64,000 bases of DNA, from the NCBI GenBank assembly GCA_965227295.1, contig OZ245742.1, forward strand, positions 1,216,001 through 1,280,000, given 5' to 3'. The first letter of the stretch is position 1; the number at the start of each line of letters is the position of its first letter. The position numbers were made by a program, and so were the translations under genes. Of the stretch, positions 30,271 through 39,514 are shown in pieces. Below the pieces are notes generated by a model. That model had not been told where the DNA came from. It was given only the letters and a program-made list of their open reading frames with translations, and ran no database searches. This DNA is from Leptonemataceae bacterium. GTDB lineage: Bacteria > Spirochaetota > Leptospiria > Leptospirales > Leptonemataceae.

Positions 30271-32189
30271 AGCAGGGCGGCTCCCAACATTACAACCAGG
30301 GCGGCGATCAGGGCGAAGGCGTAATGATCCACCAGACCGCGCTGCATTTGCCGCAGCAGCCGTGACAACTGCACGAACAGCATACCCGATCGCCGCAGAC
30401 TGCCGATGATCAGGGGCGATTCGATCAAATTGTACGCGCCGCGGGCGCCGCTTTGCAGAGGCCGAAGCAGAACCAGGCGGTAAACATCGTCAAAGTAGAA
30501 GTTATGCGCGAGCAGTCGCGCCGGTCGAAAGACGGTCCAGTGTTCCAGGCGGGCCCGGCGTTCGGCGTTGTAGAAGGAAACGAAGACGAGACCACCGATG
30601 AGCAGACCCGCAACGGCGTTCTTGATGATCGTCGCAAGCCCCGGTTCACTCATGGCCCGACTGCCGGCGATCATGTGATGCAGCGTGCCTGTTCCGCCGT
30701 AACTTTCAGTGGCCGAGAAGATACCGAAGGCCGGGGCGACAACAATGAGCACGCCCAGGACGAGGCGAATCCACAGCCCGCTTTCCCCGGCGTAGCTTGC
30801 GTTGGACTGTCCTTCCAGGTAACCGAGCATGCGAAAGATGTAGACGAGGCCCAACAGCTCCGCCGTGAATTCGATCCAGTAGACCACACTGCCGGAAAGT
30901 CCGAAGAACGCCGCCGTGCCGGCCGGATGTGCAACGGCGTGCATTACGAACTCCTTCGAAAAGAACGAGGCCGAAACATACGGAACAAAACCCGCGGCTC
31001 CGAGAGCGCCGATCCAGAACGCCAGCCGGGTGACGGGCATGCTGCGCAGACAACCGGTGAGCTTGCGCATATCCTGTTCGTGATGCTGGAAGGCGATGAC
31101 GCTGCCGGCCGCGAGAAAAAGCAACGCCTTGAACGCGGCGTGACCGAAGAGATGCATCACGGCGCCGCCGCTATGGCCCGCGGAGAGGGCCAGGAACATC
31201 AGCGCCAGGTGGGACAGCGTGGAGTATGCGAGGACTTTCTTAACATCGTACTGTACGCACGCAAGGATCGCCGCGACGATGAGCGTAAGCAGCGCCGCCA
31301 CGAACACCACGTTCAGCGCGACGGGGGCCAGGGTAAACAGCCAATCCAGTCGCGCTAACAGATAGACGCCGGCAGTTACCATGGTTGCGGCATGAATCAG
31401 AGCGGAGACCGGCGTCGGTCCGGCCATGGCGTCCGGCAACCAGAGGTGCAGCGGCATTTGCGCGCTCTTGCCGAAGGCGCCGCCGAGCAAGAACAACGCC
31501 GCGTACTGGAGTTGCACGAGCTGTTCGGCATCGAAAGGTACGTTCGCGACGATGTGACCGCCGGTGAGACCCAGCAGTTCGTGAAAGCCGGCAAAAGAAA
31601 CGGTGCCGGCGACGTCGAACAACAGAAAGACGCCGATCAAGAAAAAGGCGTCGCCTACGCGATTGAAAAAGAACGCGCGATACGCCGCGGGCGGGGCGTA
31701 GCCGCTTTTCCAGTAATGGCCGATCAACAGGTAGCTCGCAAGGCCCACGCCCTCCCATCCGAGAAACACGAGGAAAAGATTTTCGCCGATCACCAGCAAC
31801 AGCATGGCGGCGATGAAAAACGTAATGCTTGCGAAGTAGCGCGCGCTGTCTTTGTCGCCGCGCATGTACTGAACCGAGTAGGCGACGATCAACGTGCCGA
31901 AGCCTGTAATCAGCAACACCAACGGTAGCGAAAGAGAGTCGACGTAGTATCCGAAGAGGGCCTGCACATCCTTCGTCAAGATCCAGGCGCCGGCATCCCA
32001 GGTCACCGGCTCCATCGCAATGAACGAGTCCACGCCCAGAGTAATGTTCACCGCCATGAGAAAAACGAGCAAGACCGAGAGCACGGCCAGGGTTCCCTGT
32101 ACGGCGTAACTCATGCGCCGGCCGAAGACGGCCAGCAGTACGGCCGCCCCGCCGGGAATCACGGGAAGCAGAGACAACCAGCCGCTCAC
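30261..32189 (-). CDS. nuoL: NADH-quinone oxidoreductase subunit L
   Basis: GWEGVGLASYLLIG, KSAQMPLHLWLPDAMAGPTPVSALIHAATMV. Confidence 0.96.
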   Translation of the reverse strand: MSGWLSLLPVIPGGAAVLLAVFGRRMSYAVQGTLAVLSVLLVFLMAVNITLGVDSFIAMEPVTWDAGAWILTKDVQALFGYYVDSLSLPLVLLITGFGTLIVAYSVQYMRGDKDSARYFASITFFIAAMLLLVIGENLFLVFLGWEGVGLASYLLIGHYWKSGYAPPAAYRAFFFNRVGDAFFLIGVFLLFDVAGTVSFAGFHELLGLTGGHIVANVPFDAEQLVQLQYAALFLLGGAFGKSAQMPLHLWLPDAMAGPTPVSALIHAATMVTAGVYLLARLDWLFTLAPVALNVVFVAALLTLIVAAILACVQYDVKKVLAYSTLSHLALMFLALSAGHSGGAVMHLFGHAAFKALLFLAAGSVIAFQHHEQDMRKLTGCLRSMPVTRLAFWIGALGAAGFVPYVSASFFSKEFVMHAVAHPAGTAAFFGLSGSVVYWIEFTAELLGLVYIFRMLGYLEGQSNASYAGESGLWIRLVLGVLIVVAPAFGIFSATESYGGTGTLHHMIAGSRAMSEPGLATIIKNAVAGLLIGGLVFVSFYNAERRARLEHWTVFRPARLLAHNFYFDDVYRLVLLRPLQSGARGAYNLIESPLIIGSLRRSGMLFVQLSRLLRQMQRGLVDHYAFALIAALVVMLGAALLWR

Positions 32190-32515
32190 GACGGCCCCCG
32201 GTCTTCGCCCAATTCGGCAATCTCGTCGCTGGCAATGCGCCCGCGGTTCTTGAAGATTAAGATGAGCAGAGATAAACCTACGGCCGCCTCGACGGCCGCG
32301 GCGCCGATGGAGAGCATGTAGAGATACTGGCCGGCTTCGGTGCCGCGCCAGAGAAAGTAGTTAAATGCCACAAAGGAAATGTTAATGCCGTTAAGCATGA
32401 TCTCCACGCAAATGAGAATCATCATGATGTTCTTGCGCGTGAGTACGCCGTAGAGGCCGGTGCCGGTCAGGACCAGAGAGAGCAGCAGGCAGTTTTGTAG
32501 CGTGAAGAAGGACAC
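32186..32515 (-). CDS. nuoK: NADH-quinone oxidoreductase subunit K
   Basis: RKNIMMILICVEIMLN, AAVEAAVGL. Confidence 0.94.
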   Translation of the reverse strand: MSFFTLQNCLLLSLVLTGTGLYGVLTRKNIMMILICVEIMLNGINISFVAFNYFLWRGTEAGQYLYMLSIGAAAVEAAVGLSLLILIFKNRGRIASDEIAELGEDRGPS

Positions 32516-33081
32516 TAGTCGGTCTCCTTTTCTTGCGCCGGCCGCGGCTTTGCCAGGTTGACCGCGGCGACGATGCCCGCGAGAATCAAGAATGCAGTCA
32601 ACTGAAACGAAACGAAGTACGGGCTCTCCGTGCCGTCCGCAAAGAGCAGGCGACCCAGGCTGAGAACGGAACCGAACTCTTCCGGGGCTTCACCGGCGCC
32701 GGTGATTTCGGAATCGGGCAGGGCGTTTACGATGAGCGCATACAACAGAGCGCAGCCCGTGATTACGAGCAGCAACACGCGCAGCTTTTCCGGGCCGGTT
32801 GCGCTTTCCGCGCGGGCCTGTTCTTCGGAGATGAACGGCGCCGGGTTGATCATCATAACAACGAACGTGAAGAGCACCAGGATGGCGCCGCTGTACACCA
32901 GGATCTGCAGCACGCCGACGAACGGTGCGTGCAATAAGATGTAGATGCCCGTCGTGGGCACGAACGAAAAGATGAGCAGGAACGTGGAGCGTACCGGGTT
33001 ACCGATGAGCACCACGGACACGGACAGAAAGACCAGGCTGAAAGCGAGGATTACAAAAAGGGCGTCGGTGAGTTCTCCCAT
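32515..33081 (-). CDS. nuoJ: NADH-quinone oxidoreductase subunit J
   Basis: NPVRS, LQILVYSGAILVLFTFVVMM. Confidence 0.92.
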   Translation of the reverse strand: MGELTDALFVILAFSLVFLSVSVVLIGNPVRSTFLLIFSFVPTTGIYILLHAPFVGVLQILVYSGAILVLFTFVVMMINPAPFISEEQARAESATGPEKLRVLLLVITGCALLYALIVNALPDSEITGAGEAPEEFGSVLSLGRLLFADGTESPYFVSFQLTAFLILAGIVAAVNLAKPRPAQEKETD

Positions 33082-33103
33082 GTAGTTGCGATGGTTCGTC
33101 TGA

Positions 33104-33571
33104 TTAGTTGTTCAGGAGCCTGTCGATGTCGTAAATGAAGTCCTCGCGTTTGTCGTAAACGCGCGGGACTTTGTTGGTCATTTCGATGGCTTCTTTCGGA
33201 CACGCCTCGACGCAGTAGCCGCAGTAAATACAGCGCAGCATGTCGATGTCAAAGACTTTTGGAATCTTGTCGCGGTCCTGCCATTCGTCCGGCGCGGCCT
33301 GCGCTTCGATGTGAATACACTCCGCCGGACACGCCGTGGCGCACATGAAACAGGCCACGCACTTCATGCGACCCTGGGGATCCCTGGTCAGCCGATGTTC
33401 GCCGCGAAAACGCGCGTTGATATTCGGCTGCTGTTCCGGGTATTGCAGCGTCACCGGTTTGCGAAAAAACTGCGCCAGGGAAATCGCCAGGCCGCGCATG
33501 AGGCGCATGGTGTAATAAAACGCCGAACGAAAACCGGAAAGCGGAACGCGGGATGTCTGGGATTTGTTCAT
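33104..33571 (-). CDS. nuoI: NADH-quinone oxidoreductase subunit I
   Basis: TLQYPE, RFRG, two CxxCxxCxxxCP motifs. Confidence 0.95.
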   Translation of the reverse strand: MNKSQTSRVPLSGFRSAFYYTMRLMRGLAISLAQFFRKPVTLQYPEQQPNINARFRGEHRLTRDPQGRMKCVACFMCATACPAECIHIEAQAAPDEWQDRDKIPKVFDIDMLRCIYCGYCVEACPKEAIEMTNKVPRVYDKREDFIYDIDRLLNN

Positions 33572-33590
33572 AAGATTGTCTTAAATGATG

Positions 33591-34661
33591 TTAGCGAGCG
33601 GCAGTCTCGAAGTAGTCGATGTAACGATAGAGTTCGATGACGGCCACGGTCAGGAAGATGTTCGCGACGCCCAGGGGAATGAGGCGATTCCAGCCGAAAC
33701 GCATAAGCTGGTCCCAGCGCACCCGGGGCAGCGTCCAGCGCACCCACATGAAAAAGAAAATCAGCAGCATCGTTTTCGTAAAGTGAATCCCGCCGCTGAT
33801 CACGGCGCCGGCAAATCCTTGCGGGATCGTAACGAACGGCAACGTCCAGCCGCCGAAAAACAGCACGACCATGAGCGCGCACATGACCCACAGCGCCGCG
33901 TACTCGCCGAACATGAACCATCCGAAGCGAATGCCGGAGTACTCGGTATGATAGCCGCCGACGAGTTCCTGCTCGGCCTCGGCCAGGTCGAACGGTGCGC
34001 GATTGGTCTCGGCGAAGGCCGCGATCATGAACAACAGGAACGTCGCCGGTTGCAGGAAGACGTTCCAGGCCGGTAGAAAACCGAGGATCAACGGCCGCTC
34101 GGCCTGTTGCAGAACGGTTTCTACTAAATTAAACGTGCCGGTTAAGAGAATCGTCGCCGCCACGGCCAGGCCCAGGACGATCTCGTAGCTAACGAGTTGC
34201 GCGCAGGCCCGGATGCCGCCGAGCATGGCGTACTGGTTGCCCGAAGACCAGCCGGCGTAGGCGATGCCGTACGAAGCCACCGAAGAAATTGCGAGGATGA
34301 CCACTAACGCAAGATCAACATCAGCTACGACGATGGGTATCATCGCGCCGCCGTCCGTCGCGAGAAAGACCCCCGCCGGAATCAAACCGAACGACATGAG
34401 CCCCGGCAGAAACGTGACGATGGGTGCGGCGAGATAGATCCAGCGATCCGCGCCCTCGGGGCGGAACTGCTCTTTGAAGAGCAGCTTGATGCCGTCCATC
34501 GCGGTCTGGAAGATTCCTGCCGGGCCCATGCGATTGGGGCCCACGCGTCGTTGAATGCGCGCGCTCACCTTGCGTTCCATCCAGACCAGGTTCGGAACGA
34601 TCGACAACATTACCGCCAGGGCAACGCCGGATTTCAGCAGTAGTTCGAGAAAGTAGTCCAT
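33591..34661 (-). CDS. nuoH: NADH-quinone oxidoreductase subunit H
   Basis: ERKVSARIQRRVGPNR, AETNRAPFDLAEAEQELVGGYHTEYSG, PRVRWDQLM. Confidence 0.97.
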   Translation of the reverse strand: MDYFLELLLKSGVALAVMLSIVPNLVWMERKVSARIQRRVGPNRMGPAGIFQTAMDGIKLLFKEQFRPEGADRWIYLAAPIVTFLPGLMSFGLIPAGVFLATDGGAMIPIVVADVDLALVVILAISSVASYGIAYAGWSSGNQYAMLGGIRACAQLVSYEIVLGLAVAATILLTGTFNLVETVLQQAERPLILGFLPAWNVFLQPATFLLFMIAAFAETNRAPFDLAEAEQELVGGYHTEYSGIRFGWFMFGEYAALWVMCALMVVLFFGGWTLPFVTIPQGFAGAVISGGIHFTKTMLLIFFFMWVRWTLPRVRWDQLMRFGWNRLIPLGVANIFLTVAVIELYRYIDYFETAAR

Positions 34662-36112
34662 CAGGTAGCCACGCCCCGCAGTTGCAGCTCGCGCACTTTT
34701 GCGAAGACCTCGCTCACGCTGCGCCCGAACGCGGCCGGTTCCACCGCGGCCTTGAACTTTTGTCGCGAGCCCTGGAAATTCATGAACGATCCCGAAGTCT
34801 CGAAGTGCGTGAGCGTTGACACCATGAGGCTCGCGCGTTTCGCCAGGTCGCTTTCATAAAAGTCGAAGACCGTGACCGTTTCGGCGCGGTCGATGATCGC
34901 CGTGACTTCCGGCGGCGGCGTAAAGTCCGGCACGTTCGAAATGATGACCAGATTGTCGATGTCGCTGTTTGCCAGGTCCGCAAGGTTCGTTGCGACGTCG
35001 CCCAGGATTGTTTCGAATCCGGAGCGGTTCGGATTCTTATCGCCGTGAATCGTGAAACCGGGGAAGGCCTGATCTTCGACGACGTCTTTGCCGAACGCGG
35101 CGATGCGTACGTTCTCGCGATGTTTGACTTCCTCGGACAGAAGTTCGAAGGTCTCACAGTTGTTCCACAGGCCGGCAAGATAGACCGTATTTTTCTGGAA
35201 CAATCGGTCGCCGAGTTTTTCGAAAGCGTCTTTCCAGGGGATCTCAACGACCTGACCGTCCGCAACTTCGCGGCAAAGGTTCAGGCGATCGTCACCGTAC
35301 ACATAGGGAAAACTCAGGCGCCCGTAGTCGCACATCCAGGCTTTGTTCACGGCGTCGTTGCGGCGCGGTCGAATGCGTTTGATCTCGCCCTGGCGATTGG
35401 CGTCCACGTACGTATTGCAACCCACGGAACAGTCGGCGCAGACGGACTCCGCGGACTTCAACTCCCACACGCGCTGGCGATACAAAAAGTCCGAAGAAAC
35501 CAACGCACCCACCGGACAGATGTCCACCGTGTTCATCGACAGCGCATTGTCTAATGTGCGCCCGGGGAAAACTACGATTTCGGAATGATCACCGCGATTA
35601 CCCACGGCGAGTTCGCCGGTGCCGCTGACCTCGTCGGTGAATCGTACGCAACGCGTGCACACGATGCAACGCGAGCCCCAGTACTTCACGTGCGGGCCCA
35701 GCGTGGCTTTCGGGCGCACGACTTTCTCTTCTGCGAAACGGCCGTGGTCCCGCCCGTACTCGTAGCTGTAATTCTGCAAACGGCACTCCCCGGCCTGGTC
35801 GCACTCGGGGCAGTCCAGGGGATGGTTGATCAGCAGAAACTCCATGATCGAGCGTCGCTCCTGCTGTACGTCCTCGCTGATCGTATCGACGTCCATGCCC
35901 TCGGTTACCGGCGTACCGCAGGCGATGACCGGTTTCGGCATGCCGGCGACTTTCACCAGGCACATGCGGCAGTTTCCGGCGATGCTCAGATCCTCATGAT
36001 AACAGTAGTGCGGAACCTCGATGCCGTTCTTGTGGCACGCCTGAATCAGCGACCACTCCGCCGGCACGACATAATCGCGCCCGTTAATCTTTAGTGAAAC
36101 ATTCTTAGCCAT
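34661..36112 (-). CDS. nuoG: NADH-quinone oxidoreductase subunit G (short form)
   Basis: CYHEDLSIAGNCRMC, HPLDCPECDQAGEC, CIVCTRC, CADCSVGC. Confidence 0.92.
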   Translation of the reverse strand: MAKNVSLKINGRDYVVPAEWSLIQACHKNGIEVPHYCYHEDLSIAGNCRMCLVKVAGMPKPVIACGTPVTEGMDVDTISEDVQQERRSIMEFLLINHPLDCPECDQAGECRLQNYSYEYGRDHGRFAEEKVVRPKATLGPHVKYWGSRCIVCTRCVRFTDEVSGTGELAVGNRGDHSEIVVFPGRTLDNALSMNTVDICPVGALVSSDFLYRQRVWELKSAESVCADCSVGCNTYVDANRQGEIKRIRPRRNDAVNKAWMCDYGRLSFPYVYGDDRLNLCREVADGQVVEIPWKDAFEKLGDRLFQKNTVYLAGLWNNCETFELLSEEVKHRENVRIAAFGKDVVEDQAFPGFTIHGDKNPNRSGFETILGDVATNLADLANSDIDNLVIISNVPDFTPPPEVTAIIDRAETVTVFDFYESDLAKRASLMVSTLTHFETSGSFMNFQGSRQKFKAAVEPAAFGRSVSEVFAKVRELQLRGVAT

Positions 36113-37364
36113 TGCTTCGCCTTTCAAATTCGGAGCGGAACTCCGTCACGTAACTCGCCGCCGGCATGGCCGCGGCGTCGGCCAGGGCGCAGATGGTCCG
36201 ACCGCGCATGTTGTTCGTAATCTCAAGCAGCAAGTCGAGATCCTTCGATTGTGTGCCTCCGGCGGCCGACCGCGCGACGATTTTTTCCAGCCAGCCCGTA
36301 CCCTCGCGGCACGGCGTGCACTGGCCGCAACTTTCGTGATGATAAAATCGCATGAGGTTCCAGAGTGCGTCCACCATGTCCGTGTCTTCGTCGAGTACGG
36401 TGATTGCGCCGGAGCCGAGAAAGCTGCCGTAACGGGCGATGCTTTCATAATCGAGGTTCGCTTTTTCAATGCTGTCTCCGGTCAACAGCGGCGTCGACGA
36501 ACCGCCGGGGATTACGGCTTTGATCGCCTTGCCGTTCTTTACGCCGTTGCCGTAGCGGCCGTCGTGGATCAGCGTGCGGAGCGGCGTCCCCAGGGGCACC
36601 TCGTAGTTGCCGGGTTGATTCACGTGACCGGAGAGCGAAAAGATCTTAAAGCCGGGGCTCTTCTCGGTCCCCCATTGCGTGTACCAATCCGCGCCGTTTC
36701 TGACGATGTGCGGAAGATTGCAGATGGTCTCGACGTTGTTGATGATCGTCGGTGCCTGGAACAACCCCGCCACCGCCGGAAACGGCGGCTTGAGCTTCGG
36801 ATAACCGCGATTGCCCTCGATGGATGTGAGCATGGCCGTCTCTTCACCGCAGATGTACGCTCCGGCCCCGCGGACCAGGCTGATCCTGAAGTCGTAGCCT
36901 GTGCCGAAGATGTTCGTACCGAGAAAACCCTTTGCTTCGGCCGCTTTGATCGCCGCGCGCATCCGTTCGTAACCGAGAATGAATTCCCCGCGCAAATAAC
37001 AAAACGCATGATGACAGCCGATGGCGAAACCGGCGATGATCATGCCTTCGATTAACTGGTGCGGATCGCATTCTAAGAGATAACGATCCTTGAAGGTGCC
37101 CGGCTCGGACTCGTCCCCGTTTACGACGAGGTACGTCGGCTTGCCGGTATCTTTCGCGAGAAACGACCACTTGCGTCCCGTGGGAAAGCCGGCCCCCCCG
37201 CGCCCGCGCAGCCCGGAGTCGAGCACGGTCTTGATGATCGCCTCGGGTTCGAGGCCGAGGGCGTTCCGGGCCGTGTCGTACCCGCCGCGGCCGAGATAAT
37301 GCTCCATCGTCCACGCGTTGTCTTCGTGGATGTAGCGGGTGAGTACTGGTTCGAAGTGTTGCAT
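36105..37364 (-). CDS. nuoF: NADH-quinone oxidoreductase subunit F
   Basis: LRGRGGAGFPTG, DESEPGTFKD, GAYICGEET, ESCGQCTPCREG. Confidence 0.97.
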   Translation of the reverse strand: MQHFEPVLTRYIHEDNAWTMEHYLGRGGYDTARNALGLEPEAIIKTVLDSGLRGRGGAGFPTGRKWSFLAKDTGKPTYLVVNGDESEPGTFKDRYLLECDPHQLIEGMIIAGFAIGCHHAFCYLRGEFILGYERMRAAIKAAEAKGFLGTNIFGTGYDFRISLVRGAGAYICGEETAMLTSIEGNRGYPKLKPPFPAVAGLFQAPTIINNVETICNLPHIVRNGADWYTQWGTEKSPGFKIFSLSGHVNQPGNYEVPLGTPLRTLIHDGRYGNGVKNGKAIKAVIPGGSSTPLLTGDSIEKANLDYESIARYGSFLGSGAITVLDEDTDMVDALWNLMRFYHHESCGQCTPCREGTGWLEKIVARSAAGGTQSKDLDLLLEITNNMRGRTICALADAAAMPAASYVTEFRSEFERRSNG

Positions 37365-37378
37365 TAGTTTCTGATTGG

Positions 37379-37539
37379 ACTCCGAGGACCGAGGGTCCGA
37401 GGTGAAAGAAAGAGGGAAGTTAAGGGACGGCTATGAAATTCTTCTTCGGATGAATACCTGCATACTAAGATGGCTTTCATAGCAAAACACCCCATCAATC
37501 AACCTCCCATTCTTCCCTCGGTACCTCGGTCCTCGGAGT
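37379..37539. repeat. palindromic intergenic element, copy 2
   Basis: ACTCCGAGGACCGAGGGTCCGAGGT (37379-37403) and CCCTCGGTACCTCGGTCCTCGGAGT (37515-37539); outer 16 bp perfectly complementary. Confidence 0.88.
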
Positions 37540-37550
37540 AACAAACCTCT

Positions 37551-38129
37551 TCAAGGTACGTCCTGTTTCACGGGTATATGCGGAATCCCCGTCTCCATCC
37601 TCCGCCCGACCTGGCTCGCGTAATCCTTTGCCGACCTGCCCTCGCTTTTCAGCAAGTCCTCCAGCATACTGCGCAATGCTTCACCGCTTATTTTTACATG
37701 ATGCACGGAGTCCACCTGGATCACCGGCGGGCGGTCGCAATCGGCGAGGCACTCGACCTTCTCCAATGAAAACAATCCGTCCTGGGTAATCTCGCCGGGT
37801 TTGATGTTCAGCACCGCTTCGATTTCCCGGAGCGCGTCCTTCGCCCCGCCGAGATCGCACATGAGCGTGCGACAGACCATGAGCCGGTGTTTCCCGTGCC
37901 AGGGCCGCTTAAAGTGCGTATAAAAACTCGTCATGCCCAGGACGTGGGATGGAGCCACCTCGCACAGCTCCGCGGCCAGCTCCATGCCGGCGTCGTCGAT
38001 GCAGCCGAACTCGCGTTCCACGAGACGCAGGATCATCAACAGCGCGGACTTCTTGTTCGGGAAGTCCGCGAGGATCTCGTCCGCCTCGGCGCGGGCCGCC
38101 GTCGATAGTTGTGCGATGTGCGTGCTCAT
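37551..38129 (-). CDS. nuoE: NADH-quinone oxidoreductase subunit E
   Basis: SFYTHF, VCRTLMC, VECLADC 2Fe-2S ligands. Confidence 0.93.
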   Translation of the reverse strand: MSTHIAQLSTAARAEADEILADFPNKKSALLMILRLVEREFGCIDDAGMELAAELCEVAPSHVLGMTSFYTHFKRPWHGKHRLMVCRTLMCDLGGAKDALREIEAVLNIKPGEITQDGLFSLEKVECLADCDRPPVIQVDSVHHVKISGEALRSMLEDLLKSEGRSAKDYASQVGRRMETGIPHIPVKQDVP

Positions 38130-38151
38130 TCTAATGATAACAAAAAGTAAC

Positions 38152-39363
38152 TTAGCGGTCCAGCTCGCCGGCGATTACGTTGAACGAACCCAGGATCGTT
38201 ACCAGGTCCGCCACCATGTGGCCTTCTAAAATTTTGCTGTAGATCTGGTAATTGTGAAACGACGGCGGCCGGACGCGCAGTCGGTACGGCGACGAACCGC
38301 CGTCGGAAACGATGAAGAAACCCAGTTCGCCGTTGGGCGCTTCGGTCGCGGAGTAACCGGAAGTCTTCGCGGGCTGAATGCCGTGGTTGCCGCCGGGCAT
38401 AATGACTTTGAAGTGATGGATCAACGATTCCATGTCCGTGTAGACGGAGAGTTTGTCCGGGAGCACGTGCTTCTGATCCTCGAAGTTGATCGGGCCCGGT
38501 TCCAGGCGCTCCAGCGCCTGTTCGATGATTCGAATGGACTGGTCCATCTCGTCCAGGCGAATCGCGTAGCGCGCGTAAGAATCGCCCTCGGTATAACACG
38601 GCACGTCGAAGGAAAACTCGGCGTAGTCCATGTACGGACGAAAGCGGCGCAGATCATAGTGCACTCCCGAGGCGCGGGCGATGGGGCCGCTCAGCCCGTA
38701 GTCCAGGGCGTCCTCGCGCGAAATGACGCCGATCCCTTTCGTGCGATTCAGGAAGATGGGATTTTCCAGAAACGAATCGCGGAAGCGGCCGACGGTTTCT
38801 TTGACGCCGACGAGCAGAGCGCGCGTGCGTTCTTCGAAGTCCGCCGGCAGGTCGAAGGCCAGGCCGCCGACGCGGGTGTAGCTGGTCGTCAGGCGCGTGC
38901 CCGTTACGGATTCAAAAACGTCGTAGAGTTTTTCGCGCTCGACGAAGGCCCAGAGAATAGAAGAAAACGCGCCGATGTCCATGGTCATGGCGCCCATCGA
39001 GAAGATGTGATCGGCGATGCGGGACATCTCGGCCAGGATGATGCGGATCAACCGGCAGCGTCGCGGTACGCGGATGTCGAGCAGATCCTCCACGGCCAGG
39101 GCGTAGCCGATGTTGTTGTTCAGCGGCGAGATGTAGTTCATGCGATCGGTCACCGTCACGAACTGATTGTACGAACGATATTCCGCGAGCTTCTCGAAGC
39201 CCGTGTGCAGGAAGCCGATCTCCTGGTCGCAGCGAATTACCTTCTCGCCCTCGATCTCCAGCATGAGCCGCAACGTACCGTGCGTCGCCGGATGCGACGG
39301 GCCCACGTTCATGTGAAGGGTGTTCTCTTTCTCTTCGATGATTTCGGAGGAGTAGGTATACAT
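38152..39363 (-). CDS. nuoD: NADH-quinone oxidoreductase subunit D
   Basis: NVGPSHPATHGTLRL, GFLHTGFEK, EAPNGELG, GELDR end. Confidence 0.97.
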   Translation of the reverse strand: MYTYSSEIIEEKENTLHMNVGPSHPATHGTLRLMLEIEGEKVIRCDQEIGFLHTGFEKLAEYRSYNQFVTVTDRMNYISPLNNNIGYALAVEDLLDIRVPRRCRLIRIILAEMSRIADHIFSMGAMTMDIGAFSSILWAFVEREKLYDVFESVTGTRLTTSYTRVGGLAFDLPADFEERTRALLVGVKETVGRFRDSFLENPIFLNRTKGIGVISREDALDYGLSGPIARASGVHYDLRRFRPYMDYAEFSFDVPCYTEGDSYARYAIRLDEMDQSIRIIEQALERLEPGPINFEDQKHVLPDKLSVYTDMESLIHHFKVIMPGGNHGIQPAKTSGYSATEAPNGELGFFIVSDGGSSPYRLRVRPPSFHNYQIYSKILEGHMVADLVTILGSFNVIAGELDR

Positions 39364-39514
39364 GCAGATGGCGTAACAAGGAAGACCGAAACGCTTCGAT
39401 TTTGATTTAGACGCGGCCCCCGGAAACGGCCAGTACTTTCCAGGCCCGCTCTGCGGAACGCGGGGTAAAAAGTAAGGGGGTCGTGAGATTCGATCTGATT
39501 GAAGGTGTGACGCC

